Shown piece by piece: positions 38,135 through 49,900 of a DNA stretch of 64,000 nt. Position 1 is the first letter of the stretch; every line of letters starts with the position of its first letter. Both the position numbers and the translations under genes were made by a program. Source of the DNA: Candidatus Magasanikiibacteriota bacterium (GTDB lineage: Bacteria; Patescibacteriota; Patescibacteriia; Magasanikbacterales; UBA922); contig DMXO01000005.1 of assembly GCA_003482855.1 (NCBI GenBank), positions 10,736 to 74,735 of the forward strand, given 5' to 3'. The notes under the pieces are model-generated. The model did no database searches, was not told the DNA's origin, and saw only the letters and a list, made by a program, of their open reading frames with translations.

Positions 38135-38581
38135 ATGTCATTACTTGAGTCACTTGTTGCACAACAGCAAGAGGCAAGAAAAAGTCATAATAAAGAAAGG
38201 CTCTCTGTACTACAGATGGCTCTTTCTGCTGTCAAGAATGAACAAATAGAATTACGTCGAGAACTAGTGGATGTCGATGTAGTCGCAGTATTGCAGAGGC
38301 TTGTCAAACAAATTCGTGATGCTCGCCAAGATTTTGAAATAGGCAAACGGCAAGATTTGATTGATCAGGCAGACTTTGAAATAGGAGTCCTTTCTTCATT
38401 TTTGCCGAAGCAATTGAGTGAAGGAGAAGTAGAACAAATTGTGCATCAGATTATTGAAGAAATAAAACCCGCAGGTCCGCAAGATTTTGGTAAAGTGATG
38501 GGATCTGTAATGTCAAAATTGAAAGGTCAGGCAGATGGTACCGTGGTACAGTCAGTTGTTCGTCGTTTATTGTCTAAATAG
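38135..38581 (+). CDS. yqeY: GatB/YqeY-domain protein
   Basis: 148 aa; YqeY family fold; conserved rpsU-yqeY adjacency. A 15-bp-stem terminator follows at ~38600-38640. Confidence 0.8.
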   Translation: MSLLESLVAQQQEARKSHNKERLSVLQMALSAVKNEQIELRRELVDVDVVAVLQRLVKQIRDARQDFEIGKRQDLIDQADFEIGVLSSFLPKQLSEGEVEQIVHQIIEEIKPAGPQDFGKVMGSVMSKLKGQADGTVVQSVVRRLLSK

Positions 38582-38679
38582 TTTTCGTGTTATACGTTTT
38601 GTGTTTTTATGAATGCTACTGAGTTTAATCAGTACATTCATAGTAGAATATTTACTCATTTCGAGTCTAAGGTTTTCCC

Positions 38680-40905
38680 ATGCTCCCTTGGATTCTCAAA
38701 ATTAAGCTGAATAAAAAAACTGCTATAGCTTTCTTTGCTCTCGTGGTAGTTTTTTGTTTTTTAATTCCTCATGTAAGTGTATCAAATGTTTTGGCACAAG
38801 ATACTGATACATTTGGTGTAGCGCCTATTGATCAGGATATTCTTTTGACAAATACTGATATTAGGGTTGTTGTTGTCAAAATAATCAATACTATCTTGGG
38901 TTTATTAGGCCTTATTGCTTTGTCCCTCATATTATATGCAGGATTTGTCATCATGACATCTGGTGGACAAGAGGACAAGATAGCCCAGGCACGAAAGACT
39001 TTGATAAACGCAGTTATTGGTCTTGTTATTATATTGTCAGCATGGGCAATCGTTCGTTTTGTATTCAATGCATTGACCGGAGGATTCAATGAGCCTGGTG
39101 GAGAAAGGCCTCCAGTTATGGCGACCTTTAGCGGTTCAGGAGCGCTTGGTCGCGTGGTGAAAGACCATTATCCATTTCGAGATGCGACTGATGTCGCGCG
39201 CAATACGAGCATTGTGGTGACATTTGGTCTTGCCATTGATCCTGCAAGCATTGCAATAAATACCAATGGGACATGTTGGGGTGGAGACAACAATCCAACA
39301 GATGTATGTGGAGAAGGAAGTGTTCCTTATTTTGGTGATTGTTTTGATACTAACAATGATGGGGCTATTAGTTGGTCCAATGAGTGCGATCAACTCAATA
39401 CCTCTACAATCAAGATCGATTTGGCTGATCGCGTAGATACGTCGCTTGAACAAGATGATGACGCTGGACTTGCAGCAGCGGTTGTAGCCAGTTATGAAGG
39501 TGCGGGTGGGCCAAATGACAAGAATGTATTTACGGTGGTATTTAAACCTTTGGAATATTTGGGTAGCCAAACAGAAAAACAATTATATACTGTTGATTTG
39601 AGATATGAAATTTATAAAAAAGGACTTGGGGAAAGTATATTTGATGGACAATTTGTTCCCAAATATCACTGGAGTTTTGAAACAGGTACAGGACTTGACC
39701 TTAGCCCTCCCCATGTAGAGAGCGTATACCCAGATCAGGGTGGTGAAGTAGCCAAAAATACTATTGTACAAATCAATTTTGACGAGGCAGTAGATCCAAC
39801 GACAGTACAAGGATTGGTGAGTCAGCAGGGTGTTTTTGAAAATATATTACTCAATACACAGATAGGTGGTGTCGACACATCAGTGACTGGTACATGGAAA
39901 ATTACCAATGGATACAAAACCGTTGAATTCATATCAGATGAGCCGTGTGGTCTCAATAGCTGTGGTGAGATGATGTACTGTCTGCCAGTAGACTGTAGTG
40001 GTACTGGAGTAGATACATGTGTCAAAGGATATGCCGCACTTGTGCGTACAGCAGAGTGGACACAAAATGCCGAAGCTCCTTTTGAAGCGCAACCTTTTTC
40101 TGGTGTGTACGACCTTGCATTCAATGGTCTTGATAATGTAAATGATAACACTGGATTTGATGAAGTATTGAATAAACCAGCAGGCGCGGCATATACAGGC
40201 AAGGTTATTAACTCTGGCGAAACAAACCCAGATAACTACTGGTGGAATTTTAATGTAAAAAATGAAATAGATCGATCGACTCCATATGTGGAGTCAACCA
40301 AGCCTGGTGTAGATGCACAAGAAATAGATGGTGAGGCTTCTCTCGAAATTGGGTTTAGTAAAGTGATGTGGCTGAGCACCATGAATGATATATTACTCAC
40401 TGAATATCCGGTGCATGTATGCGCCAATGCCGCGGTAGGTGATGTGCGTCCAGAGGATGTGGTGTGTGAGATGAGTGAGAGATTGGATGATATATGGTTT
40501 AGCACAGGTGCAAAAATGCTCAACAACAAAACAACATCATATACCAAACATCGTACATTTGGGCCAAATGGCATTGATCTCTATTATTTTCCTTCGGTGC
40601 CAAGTACGGTCAAAAGTGCTAACCAAAATTGTGTATACCCTGGTCGTGGACCGTGGGATGGAGATTCTGCATTGCCTGGTCAGGCTTCAGAGTGTAGTGT
40701 TGCATTTGATTCCAATGGCACTATTTTGTCGACCACAGGCTGTGTTGGTGTCACGACGGTGAGTAGTACTGATACAGGGTGTGTTTATACTGGTGTCACG
40801 GTTACTGATCAAAATGATTCTGATATGTTGAAATCAGATGTAGGAGAATGTATTAATATACTTAGAAATGAAGATATAAGTCCAACAAGATATCAGGGTC
40901 TATAA
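38680..40905 (+). CDS. Surface protein (741 aa): signal peptide, VirB2/TrbC-pilin-like two-helix N-terminal module, then Ig-like (Big/SbsA-type) extracellular domains
   Basis: Residues ~40-135 (QDTDTFGVAPIDQ...IRVVVVKIINTILGLLGLIALSLILYAGFVIMTSGGQEDKIAQARKTLINAVIGLVIILSAWAIVRFV) match the T4SS pilin pattern and are ~65% identical to the N-terminus of the next ORF. Downstream has repeated P.VES..P..G..V.....I.I.F....D Ig-like units. Confidence 0.6.
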   Translation: MLPWILKIKLNKKTAIAFFALVVVFCFLIPHVSVSNVLAQDTDTFGVAPIDQDILLTNTDIRVVVVKIINTILGLLGLIALSLILYAGFVIMTSGGQEDKIAQARKTLINAVIGLVIILSAWAIVRFVFNALTGGFNEPGGERPPVMATFSGSGALGRVVKDHYPFRDATDVARNTSIVVTFGLAIDPASIAINTNGTCWGGDNNPTDVCGEGSVPYFGDCFDTNNDGAISWSNECDQLNTSTIKIDLADRVDTSLEQDDDAGLAAAVVASYEGAGGPNDKNVFTVVFKPLEYLGSQTEKQLYTVDLRYEIYKKGLGESIFDGQFVPKYHWSFETGTGLDLSPPHVESVYPDQGGEVAKNTIVQINFDEAVDPTTVQGLVSQQGVFENILLNTQIGGVDTSVTGTWKITNGYKTVEFISDEPCGLNSCGEMMYCLPVDCSGTGVDTCVKGYAALVRTAEWTQNAEAPFEAQPFSGVYDLAFNGLDNVNDNTGFDEVLNKPAGAAYTGKVINSGETNPDNYWWNFNVKNEIDRSTPYVESTKPGVDAQEIDGEASLEIGFSKVMWLSTMNDILLTEYPVHVCANAAVGDVRPEDVVCEMSERLDDIWFSTGAKMLNNKTTSYTKHRTFGPNGIDLYYFPSVPSTVKSANQNCVYPGRGPWDGDSALPGQASECSVAFDSNGTILSTTGCVGVTTVSSTDTGCVYTGVTVTDQNDSDMLKSDVGECINILRNEDISPTRYQGL

Positions 40906-40912
40906 TTGTATT

Positions 40913-43900
40913 ATGATGAAATCGTCCCGAAAAACATTATTACTAGGATTACTCCTTTCTTTCGTACTTGGAGGATTTTTGTTTTATGTTTCTCCTATTT
41001 TTGGACAGACAACTGATACGTTTGGTGTAGCACCGATAGATCAAAATTTAATTTTGGGCCAGAGTGACATACGCGTGACTGTGGTAAAAATTATTAATAT
41101 CGCCCTTGGTTTGCTTGGTATCGTGGCTCTGGGTATCGTGTTGTACGGCGGGTTTGTGTATATGACTGCAGGTGGTGCAGAGGATAAAGTTGCAACCGCG
41201 CGGAAGATACTCGTCAATGGCACGATAGGGCTTGTTATTATTTTGTCTGCGTTTGCCATTACGCGATTTGTACTCAACAAACTTATACAGGCGACCGGTG
41301 CCAACACAACCACTGAAAATTTGGATGGTAGTTGCAGTGAACCAGGTACTCCATATTATGAGAAATATCATGGTACTGTTGTATGCGATGCATTCTGTAA
41401 TTTGTATCAAAGCCAGTGTTGTTATGCAGAACATTTTGTTGTGAAGAGTATCACTCCAAGCACACCAAGTGCAGGAGATACGACAGACATGTACAATATT
41501 ATCATCCGTGCTTTATTCAGTAATGAGGTTGCAGGCCCTGCCAATCAAGTTTTACAAATATTCAAAAAGAATGGCACCCAGAAAGAAAACATCACTGATC
41601 AATTTTCATTTAATTATGATGGAAATGGTACTATAGTGGAAGCTATACTTAATGGACATGTGTGTGATGAAACTTTGTACCCCAGTGAACATTGTTTTGA
41701 TCCAGGAGAATACGAAGTCTTGGTAATGAATGTAAAAGATAAGCAAGGAAATGAACTTGAGGCTCAGACAGATTGTGGGACATTCCCCAAAGATGCTTCT
41801 TTCAAGACAGGAGAACGTACCCGAGACCAACTTATATTTATGACTCCTGCATCTGCAGGGGGGCCATATGATGTTGGTCAATACACACTTTTGACTGCCC
41901 TGAAAGAGGTTGATATTACTCATGGTATCGAACAAGTATGGAATCCGTTTGATACACAAAGTGGGTGTGTAGTGACCGGCAATTGGAGACGTATTACTGA
42001 AGTACCAGGTCACGAAGGGGATACCGGTTTTGTCGAAATTATAGATAGTGAGAGACAACTTAGACAATATCCTATTTATGTAGTGTCTGCCAATGAAAAT
42101 GCCAATGTCACATGTAGTGGCAGTGTTATAGGAGTTACTCAGGTTCGTTTTGAGACGTATACGCCGACTTCTTCTCTGGTTACTGGTCTTATATATGTAC
42201 AAGGTAAAACAGATGATGATGAGGTAGACCTGCAGAGGGTGTATCAAGAGACAGATATATCTGGATGGAAAAAAGTCGGTGGCGACGGGCATACCTATAC
42301 ATTGGGGAATTATGATGATTTTGTAGACAAGACACCGCCTGTGGTAGATCCATTGACTGCAAATGGAACTGCTGGTGATGGCGTGAGACTTGTTCAAGGA
42401 ATTGAATATCCTTTTGTGACAACTTTGCGTGACACCAATGGCAACGCATATGGTGACTTACATATTTATAAACAGGGATCAGCAAGTGCTATTCTTGATG
42501 AGTTTATTGATGGACCACGTGTATTGGATGGTTCTAGTGGTCCATTTGTTGTGAATTATGGTTTTAGGGTTCCCTATAGTTTTGAATTTAATACAAATTA
42601 TGTCGCAGAAATACGCGCGTATGATATAGATAGCAATGAGACATTGGAACAGATAGTATTCCGTGTCGTGCCAGAATATTGTGATGAGCCTGAGCATGCA
42701 GAAGATCCTGTGTGTATTGGTAGCAATGGCACATGTAAAGTTCAGGCAGATTGTGCTGCGTGGCTCAAATGTCTTGATACTGATGGATCTTTGTGCCAGA
42801 CAGGGGATACTCTTTGTGAATGTACGTCGTGGCCATATATAGAAAGTGTTACGCCACTCAATGGCGCTTCTGGTAATTGGGTCACTATTCAAGGAAAAGG
42901 TTTTGGCGATGAGGAAGGTTCATTGGCTTTCAATTACGTAGATGGTAATAGTGATAAAGATTACGAGGACGCGGGTGACACGCGCACTAGTATGAATTTG
43001 GCCCAATGTCGCGGTACTGATGTGTGGAAAGATACATGGATTATTGCCGAAGTCCCTGTGCAGGCAGGTACTGATTTACCCGCTCCAAACATATCTGTTA
43101 GACATACAACAACAGGATATACTGATTATACTACTGATGACTTTGGCCCCGTTGTTGGCACGTTTACTTACAATGACACCAAACGTCCGGGTCTATGTAG
43201 TGTACAAGTGTCAGAGGATACTGCATTTCCTCTTGTTGATGGCACAGTGACCGTATTTACCGCAAGTTCTACGTATGGTGTACCTTCTACTCCTATACAG
43301 GCTTTTGGTAAAGGGTTTGGATCATATGCCACAAATAATGTACTTGATTTCGGTGGTGTGGCTGCGTCAGTAGGTTCAGGATCTTGGAGTGAAGAGATCA
43401 TTACTTCAGTAGTACCGTTTGTTTCTCCTGGACGCATAGCAGTGAGTGTTGTCGCAAGCAGTGGAGAGAGAAGTAATCCTGTTCCTTTTGATGTATATTC
43501 TTTGCAAGATCTCAATCCTCCGGTGATCACTGCGATAGATCCAGCAACTACGACACCGGGGAGTTATATTACGATATACGGGTCAAATTTTGGCAATAAC
43601 CAGGGAATTGTAAAGATTGGCGGTTTGCCATCTGCTGCATTGCCTGAATATTGTGGTGACACCTGGTCAGATACCCAAATTGTCGTTAAAGTCCCAAGCA
43701 CTATTCTTGACGCAAGTGGAACTAGTGAAGTGTTGCCAGTAGTTGTTGAGCGTACTGACAATGGACTCAAGAGTAACGGCAGTGATAAAGCTGGTATTAT
43801 AGTTGGCCCACCGCGACCAAGTATTTGTAAATTGGATCCAGAGACTGGTCCTGCTCCGCTGTCTGGGAGTAATAGACTGACACTCAAAGGTGAAAATTTT

Positions 43901-46900
43901 TCAGCTTCACCAAATATATATTTTTGGGGTCCAGAATCCACGAGTACTGTGATGAGTACATGGCTATATGAGTCTTTTGCAAGTGGTAGGATAGTGAATG
44001 AGGTAGCAGACAAACATATTACTACGCCTATCCCCGTGAATACGCTCAAAGGATATTCCATGGTGACTGGTCCTATACATGTCATAAGTACTACCGGCGA
44101 ATTAAGCAATAGTGTGCGTTATAATGTAACTGACTGTCGTGAACCAAATGCAGGGACTATCTCAGGTTTTCAATGTTGTACTGAAGGAAAAGAAGCTGGT
44201 AGATGGAAGCACGATTCATTTATTTGCGAAGGCGGTACGCGTGATGCTGGTTATGTATGGCGTATGACCACAGGCAAAATTCCCGATCAATTTTTTGTTG
44301 TTGAATCCTGTTCAGAAAGTGCTCCATCTCCAACGCCGTGGGAATCATGGCCACAAGGTAAAGTAGCTTGTCTCAATGCACAACTTCAGGCGCGATTTAG
44401 TTTGCCTGTAGATCCAGATACTGTGGGCATAGGAACCATTAATACGGCAAATGTCGGCGTATTTACTTGCGGTCAAGGACAGACAGCAGACTGTATTAGC
44501 GCACGACAAAATGTTTCACCCAATTTTACATCAGACATATGGGGTTCTGACATGTTTGTTTTGAGGCCTATTGCTGGGGATTTGCAGCCAAATACCTGGT
44601 ATCGTATAGCCTTTTCTCAAAATGTTGCATCGCTCCGCGAAGAGATGAGACTTGGAGTGAGTGTTACTACTACAGAAAATCTTTTGGCTACGCGTCCTTG
44701 TGATACCGATGGCGACGGAACGCTTGATGCGGCATATTGTTTTGATTTTAGGACAGGGGATGTGGATGAGATTTGTACACTGGTCGGAGCAGGGATGTAC
44801 AAAGATGAATATACGACCAAGATGCTTGGTGTTGTACAGGATTCACGATACGGCAAAATCTATCAACTCAATAAAATTTTTGATCCATACGATCCAGACA
44901 TTCATCCATTGTATTATTTTGTGTATGGTATTGCCAACCAAGAGTGTACGGTCATCAATGTAGACAACAAACCTTGGGATTGGGGCGATGATGAAAACAC
45001 ACCAGCAACAGGACACAAGTTTCCCGGCGATTCGTATGTGCATTCACGTGGTGTGGCCAAAGCATGGGAGCATTATCCAGAAGGGTATGACATTTTTGCG
45101 TATATAGATGAAAATCAAGACCTTGAACCTGAAGGGCCCACTGGCCCTACTGTCGTCGACGTGCTTCAACTTGCGGGTGTAGAGTACGCAAATGGATATG
45201 ACGACGGAAGAGCTTTATTGCCGGGTGATACTATAGACGATGTCAATTTAAATTTTTCTGAATCATTTAATATACGTTTTGATTTTTCTATCACTGATAT
45301 AGATGCGATGAATGCTAATTATCATTATTTGTTAGGTTCTGATGCTTTTTTCGTCTATTTAAATAGACAGGCAGAGGCATTTATTTCGTTATTTTATCTT
45401 ACCAGTGGTGGCAACAGTTTGTATCTTGATGATCCTGATGCGGTAGATATACTGGTAGAAGGACAAAGATATGTGTATGAGATAGATTTTAATAAACAGG
45501 ACATGCTCTTGAGACTCTTGCGGGATGGAAATGTCGTGAACTCAGTGCAGGTTACTGCTCAAATGGAGATGGCCCAAATTCCATCATCGGGTACAGTATG
45601 GGCCCATGATAATACTATCATTGACCTCTTGAAAATGTATGATTTGGAGATTACCAAAGGAGAAGAAACATCAGGACAGGGTCCAGATATATCGCGCATA
45701 ACAGCCACCAGTACTCTGTATATCGACCTTGGAGATCCAAAAGTTTTGAGTAAATGGCCACTTTGTATAGAAGCATGTATCAATGCTGAGATTGGTGCGC
45801 AGTTTGACCAGATAATGGATATGACGACATATGCAAATCATATACAGCTTTTTGAATGTAATAATGGAGAAACATGCACATCTTTGACAGAAATTCCTGT
45901 CACTATAGCAGACAGTAGTAGTGAGACTATTGTACGCGCATATGCTGATCCGCCAGGAGATGCATATTATCTTGAAAAAAATACATGGTATCTGGTCAAG
46001 ATATTGGATGGCATCCATGCCATTGGAAGTGCAAAGTATGGTGAAGATGGAACTATAATTCAAGGTGTTCAAGGAAAATCTGTTGTACCGACTCAATGGA
46101 AATTTAGAACGAAAAATTCAGAAGAGCCTTGTGTGATAGATAATGTACAGCTCTATCCTGATCCATTTACGGCGACATACATTGGTCAGAAACAACAATA
46201 CACTGCTTTGCCAAAAGGAGCTCCTGACGCATGTAGTCCTTATGGCCAATTCTTGAATCCATGGGATTATGGTTGGGAATGGGATGTGGCACATGATCAT
46301 ATCGCCACAACAACCAACTTTAGCATGTCAACGGTGTTCAACAAGGCATGTACTATTAATTGTTTGCCCGCAGGGAGTGACATTACGAAAGGAAGCTATA
46401 CAACATATCCTATTTGTGGTAATGGTGTTATTGATGTTGGTGAAGATTGTGACATCGCGAGCACTACGCCACGTACCAACCAAGGTGGCGCTCCTAGTAT
46501 TGCAGAAAACCCAGGAATTAGTTGTTCATATATATGTCTTCGCCCTGGCAATGGTAACAAAGGAGAACCGGGCACTGAAGGAGTCTGTGGAAATGGAATA
46601 GCCGATTATTATCAAGGTGAAGAATGTGATTTCAATGATCCTCAGCTTATAATTATCGATAGTGATGGTAATGAAAGAGATTACCGACCTTATTGTAGCG
46701 ACACATGTCAGTGGACTGGGTCAACACCAGAAAAAACCGGAGAACTTGCCAAGCCCGTGTGTGGAAGTAGTGGGGTTACACCAGGAGAGGATTGCGATAT
46801 ATCTGATGACACAACCAAGATAGGTTGTTCAAGTGTGTGTTTACATAGTGGTACGCCACTTATGCAACATTGGTGCGATACCGCTCCTGCATCTGCACAA

Positions 46901-49900
46901 AGTGCTTGCAAATATGCCACGAGTGTCTGCGGTAATGGAGAATTGGAACTGGGAGAAGAGTGTGAAGTGGGCATAAATGACGCAACAGTAAGTGAATGTA
47001 GTGATTGGTGTTTGCTCAAAAATGTATGTGATTCATCTCTCAAACAGTGTGATTATGAAGATGATGAAGGCTGTGCTCCAGATTGCACATGGCTTGGTTC
47101 GTCTATTCTTTATTCGCAGTCCTCACTCTGTTGGGATGGTGTTGCTGGTATTGGCGAATATGCGGGAAGTAATGCCTTTGCACCCTATCTTAGCTGTGAA
47201 GTAAGCCCAACGCAGGCACATAATCCACTCGGGGGCAATCCTGTCCAGCTTGTGACTGCCAAAGGAGAAGTGCCTCCTGAAGGTACGACTGATACAGGGT
47301 TGATAGACGAAGATGGTGATGACATTGCAGAATTACAGAGGACACAGATATTTGCAGATCCAACCACATATCGCAATCCGGATGGGAGTGTGAGCTCTAC
47401 TGTTGGCGATATTGAAGGTGCAGGCCAATATTCACTCCAATGTGGATACACTGAATATACCGAACAACAAATAGAAGAAGAGGAATATACAACTTTGAAT
47501 GATTGTCCTCAAAATACACAAAATCGATTTGGTGTTGCATCTAACTCATGTTGTTATATCCGTCCAGAACGTGTAGACCAATATCCCGCAGTAAATCAGG
47601 GTATTAGTGATAGTAATTCAGTATGTCGTAATACATATCTAGAAGTGGAGTTTAATCATGTAATGGATACTACGTCATTTACCAATAATACATACGTGGT
47701 ACAAGGGTATGAAGAAACACTATATCCAGACTTTAGTTGTGCAGAACATGGTGGAGAGGACATCACGCTTGCGATGAATACTATGCTTGGTATATCTCCT
47801 GATATCGCTCCACAAGGCTTTTGGAGCAAGGTATGGCATGGTATCAAGACATTTTTTGTAAAATTGTTTAGTAGAGATGCCTATGCAGTAGAACCAAATG
47901 CCGGCCTTTCAGGGACTATCACGTGGTGCAAGAGTGATATCAAATTAGATAACGCTGTCTTTCCTGTTCTTGACGAAGATGGAGAGACCACTGCGAGCAA
48001 AGCTGCATTATATTTGAATAAAGCACTAGACGAAAATGTGTATGTTGCTGTCATGTTGGAAGGTGGTGCAACCAAGATCAGAGACACAGAAGGTGTGGGT
48101 ATTCGCAAGCCATTTTCTGGTTATGAGGGTACAGACTATTGGATTTTTAGGACAGGAAGCGAAATATGCAAGATAGACCATATAAATGTAGAACCGTCTG
48201 GGTATTTGTTCAGGACTCCTGAGTCGCAAAGAATATTTGAGGCACAGGTTATTAGTAATACGGGCGGCCAGCTTATTGTACCTATTCCGGATGTGTATTA
48301 TTGGGAATGGGCATGGCATCCACAAAATAACCCCATATTCAATATTCCATCTGACAATCATCCTTATACCAATGTGACGACAAAAGGCGTAGAAGGTCAC
48401 CTTAATGCTATGGGTCAAGCAGAAGTAACGGTAGATATATTTGAAGAAAATAATCAGCTTGGTCAAAAGTTTAATGATTTGTTTGATCTCACCGCATTTT
48501 TCTGTGTGAATCCATGGCCACATATGGATACCTCCATACAAGGTACTACACAAGCAACTATTGATCCGGGGTTTTTTGAAGAAGAGCAGTATCATTTCTC
48601 TATGCTGTATTGTGCGGATGATGGCAATCCTCTCACTATAAGTGATGATCTCCCTTTGTTTGATAATATTTTGGCAGTAACCAATTTGGCAGATCTTGGA
48701 GGAGGTGGTGATGCTACTACTGACACATTATTGCGTTATTTACTATTCTCGAGTACGACCGAAGATGTCATCGGTATTCAGATTTTTGATAATCCTCCAA
48801 AGTCTGATGGTTCGCGACAAACACTTGATGAATGGTATACCAAACGATTTGAAAATATCGGTGCTATGCAACGTACGAGCGTAGCTGATTTTGATGCTTT
48901 GACTGATGGAAGTAATTTTTATATCAATGTATATGATTTTTCTCAAACTGCCCCAACAGACATAGGCATTGTTCATAATTATGTATATCTGTTTAGTGTG
49001 GATGTGAATGCGAACATACAGACCAAGAAAGCCTTTGAACAGATCATTGGTTTGCTTGAAGTAAATACCAATTTTACTGACTGGGGTAAATGTCTGGATA
49101 ATAATGTGCCTCATCATACCTACACGCAGATACCGGTTCGTACGCACGATGATGATATTGTCGAAGTAGATTGTGTCACTGATTTTGATTGTCTCAATAG
49201 TGAAGGCATTCCTTTGTCAGAGACAGGCTTGGAGACAAACGGCGTGTGTTCAAATCAAAAAACAAAATTTTTGCGTGATATAAAACGTTTGCAAGATTTG
49301 CGCACTGCTCAATTCAAAATAGACGATTATTTCAATAATGCATTTGGCACGCCAGATTTCGTCGGAGGCCTTGAGAGTGGATCGTTCATCCAGGGGTATA
49401 CCAATTCAAAATGGCAAACTTCATGGGGAAGGCTTAGTTCTTATATGGGAGGACTTCCTATAGATCCTATCAATGTATGGGTAGGATGTAGTGACCACGA
49501 TAGCGAGACATGTTGGAATTCAGTCAGTTCTACATTCAAATGTCCCCAAGCAGCACAAGTATATGAATACAAATATAATGATGCTGCAGAATCTTATTAT
49601 CTATTTGCACCGTTTGAATTTTTTAAATCGAGTGATCCTTTTGTAAGTCAGTTTATTGATACAAGTAATATTGTATTTGGTAGGAGTTGTTTGCCAGGGG
49701 ATGTGGCTGCAGCATACCAAGGAACTTGTGGAGATGGGATAGTGAATCCAGCGCTTGAAGAATGCGATCCACCAGAGAAAGAAAAGATAGTCCATCAGAC
49801 ATACAATGGGTCAGGCCAAATTATTTCATGTTCGGCAAATCAATATGCTATTGCGACTTGTAGTGATATTTGTGAATGGAATTATGGTGCCTGTACTCTT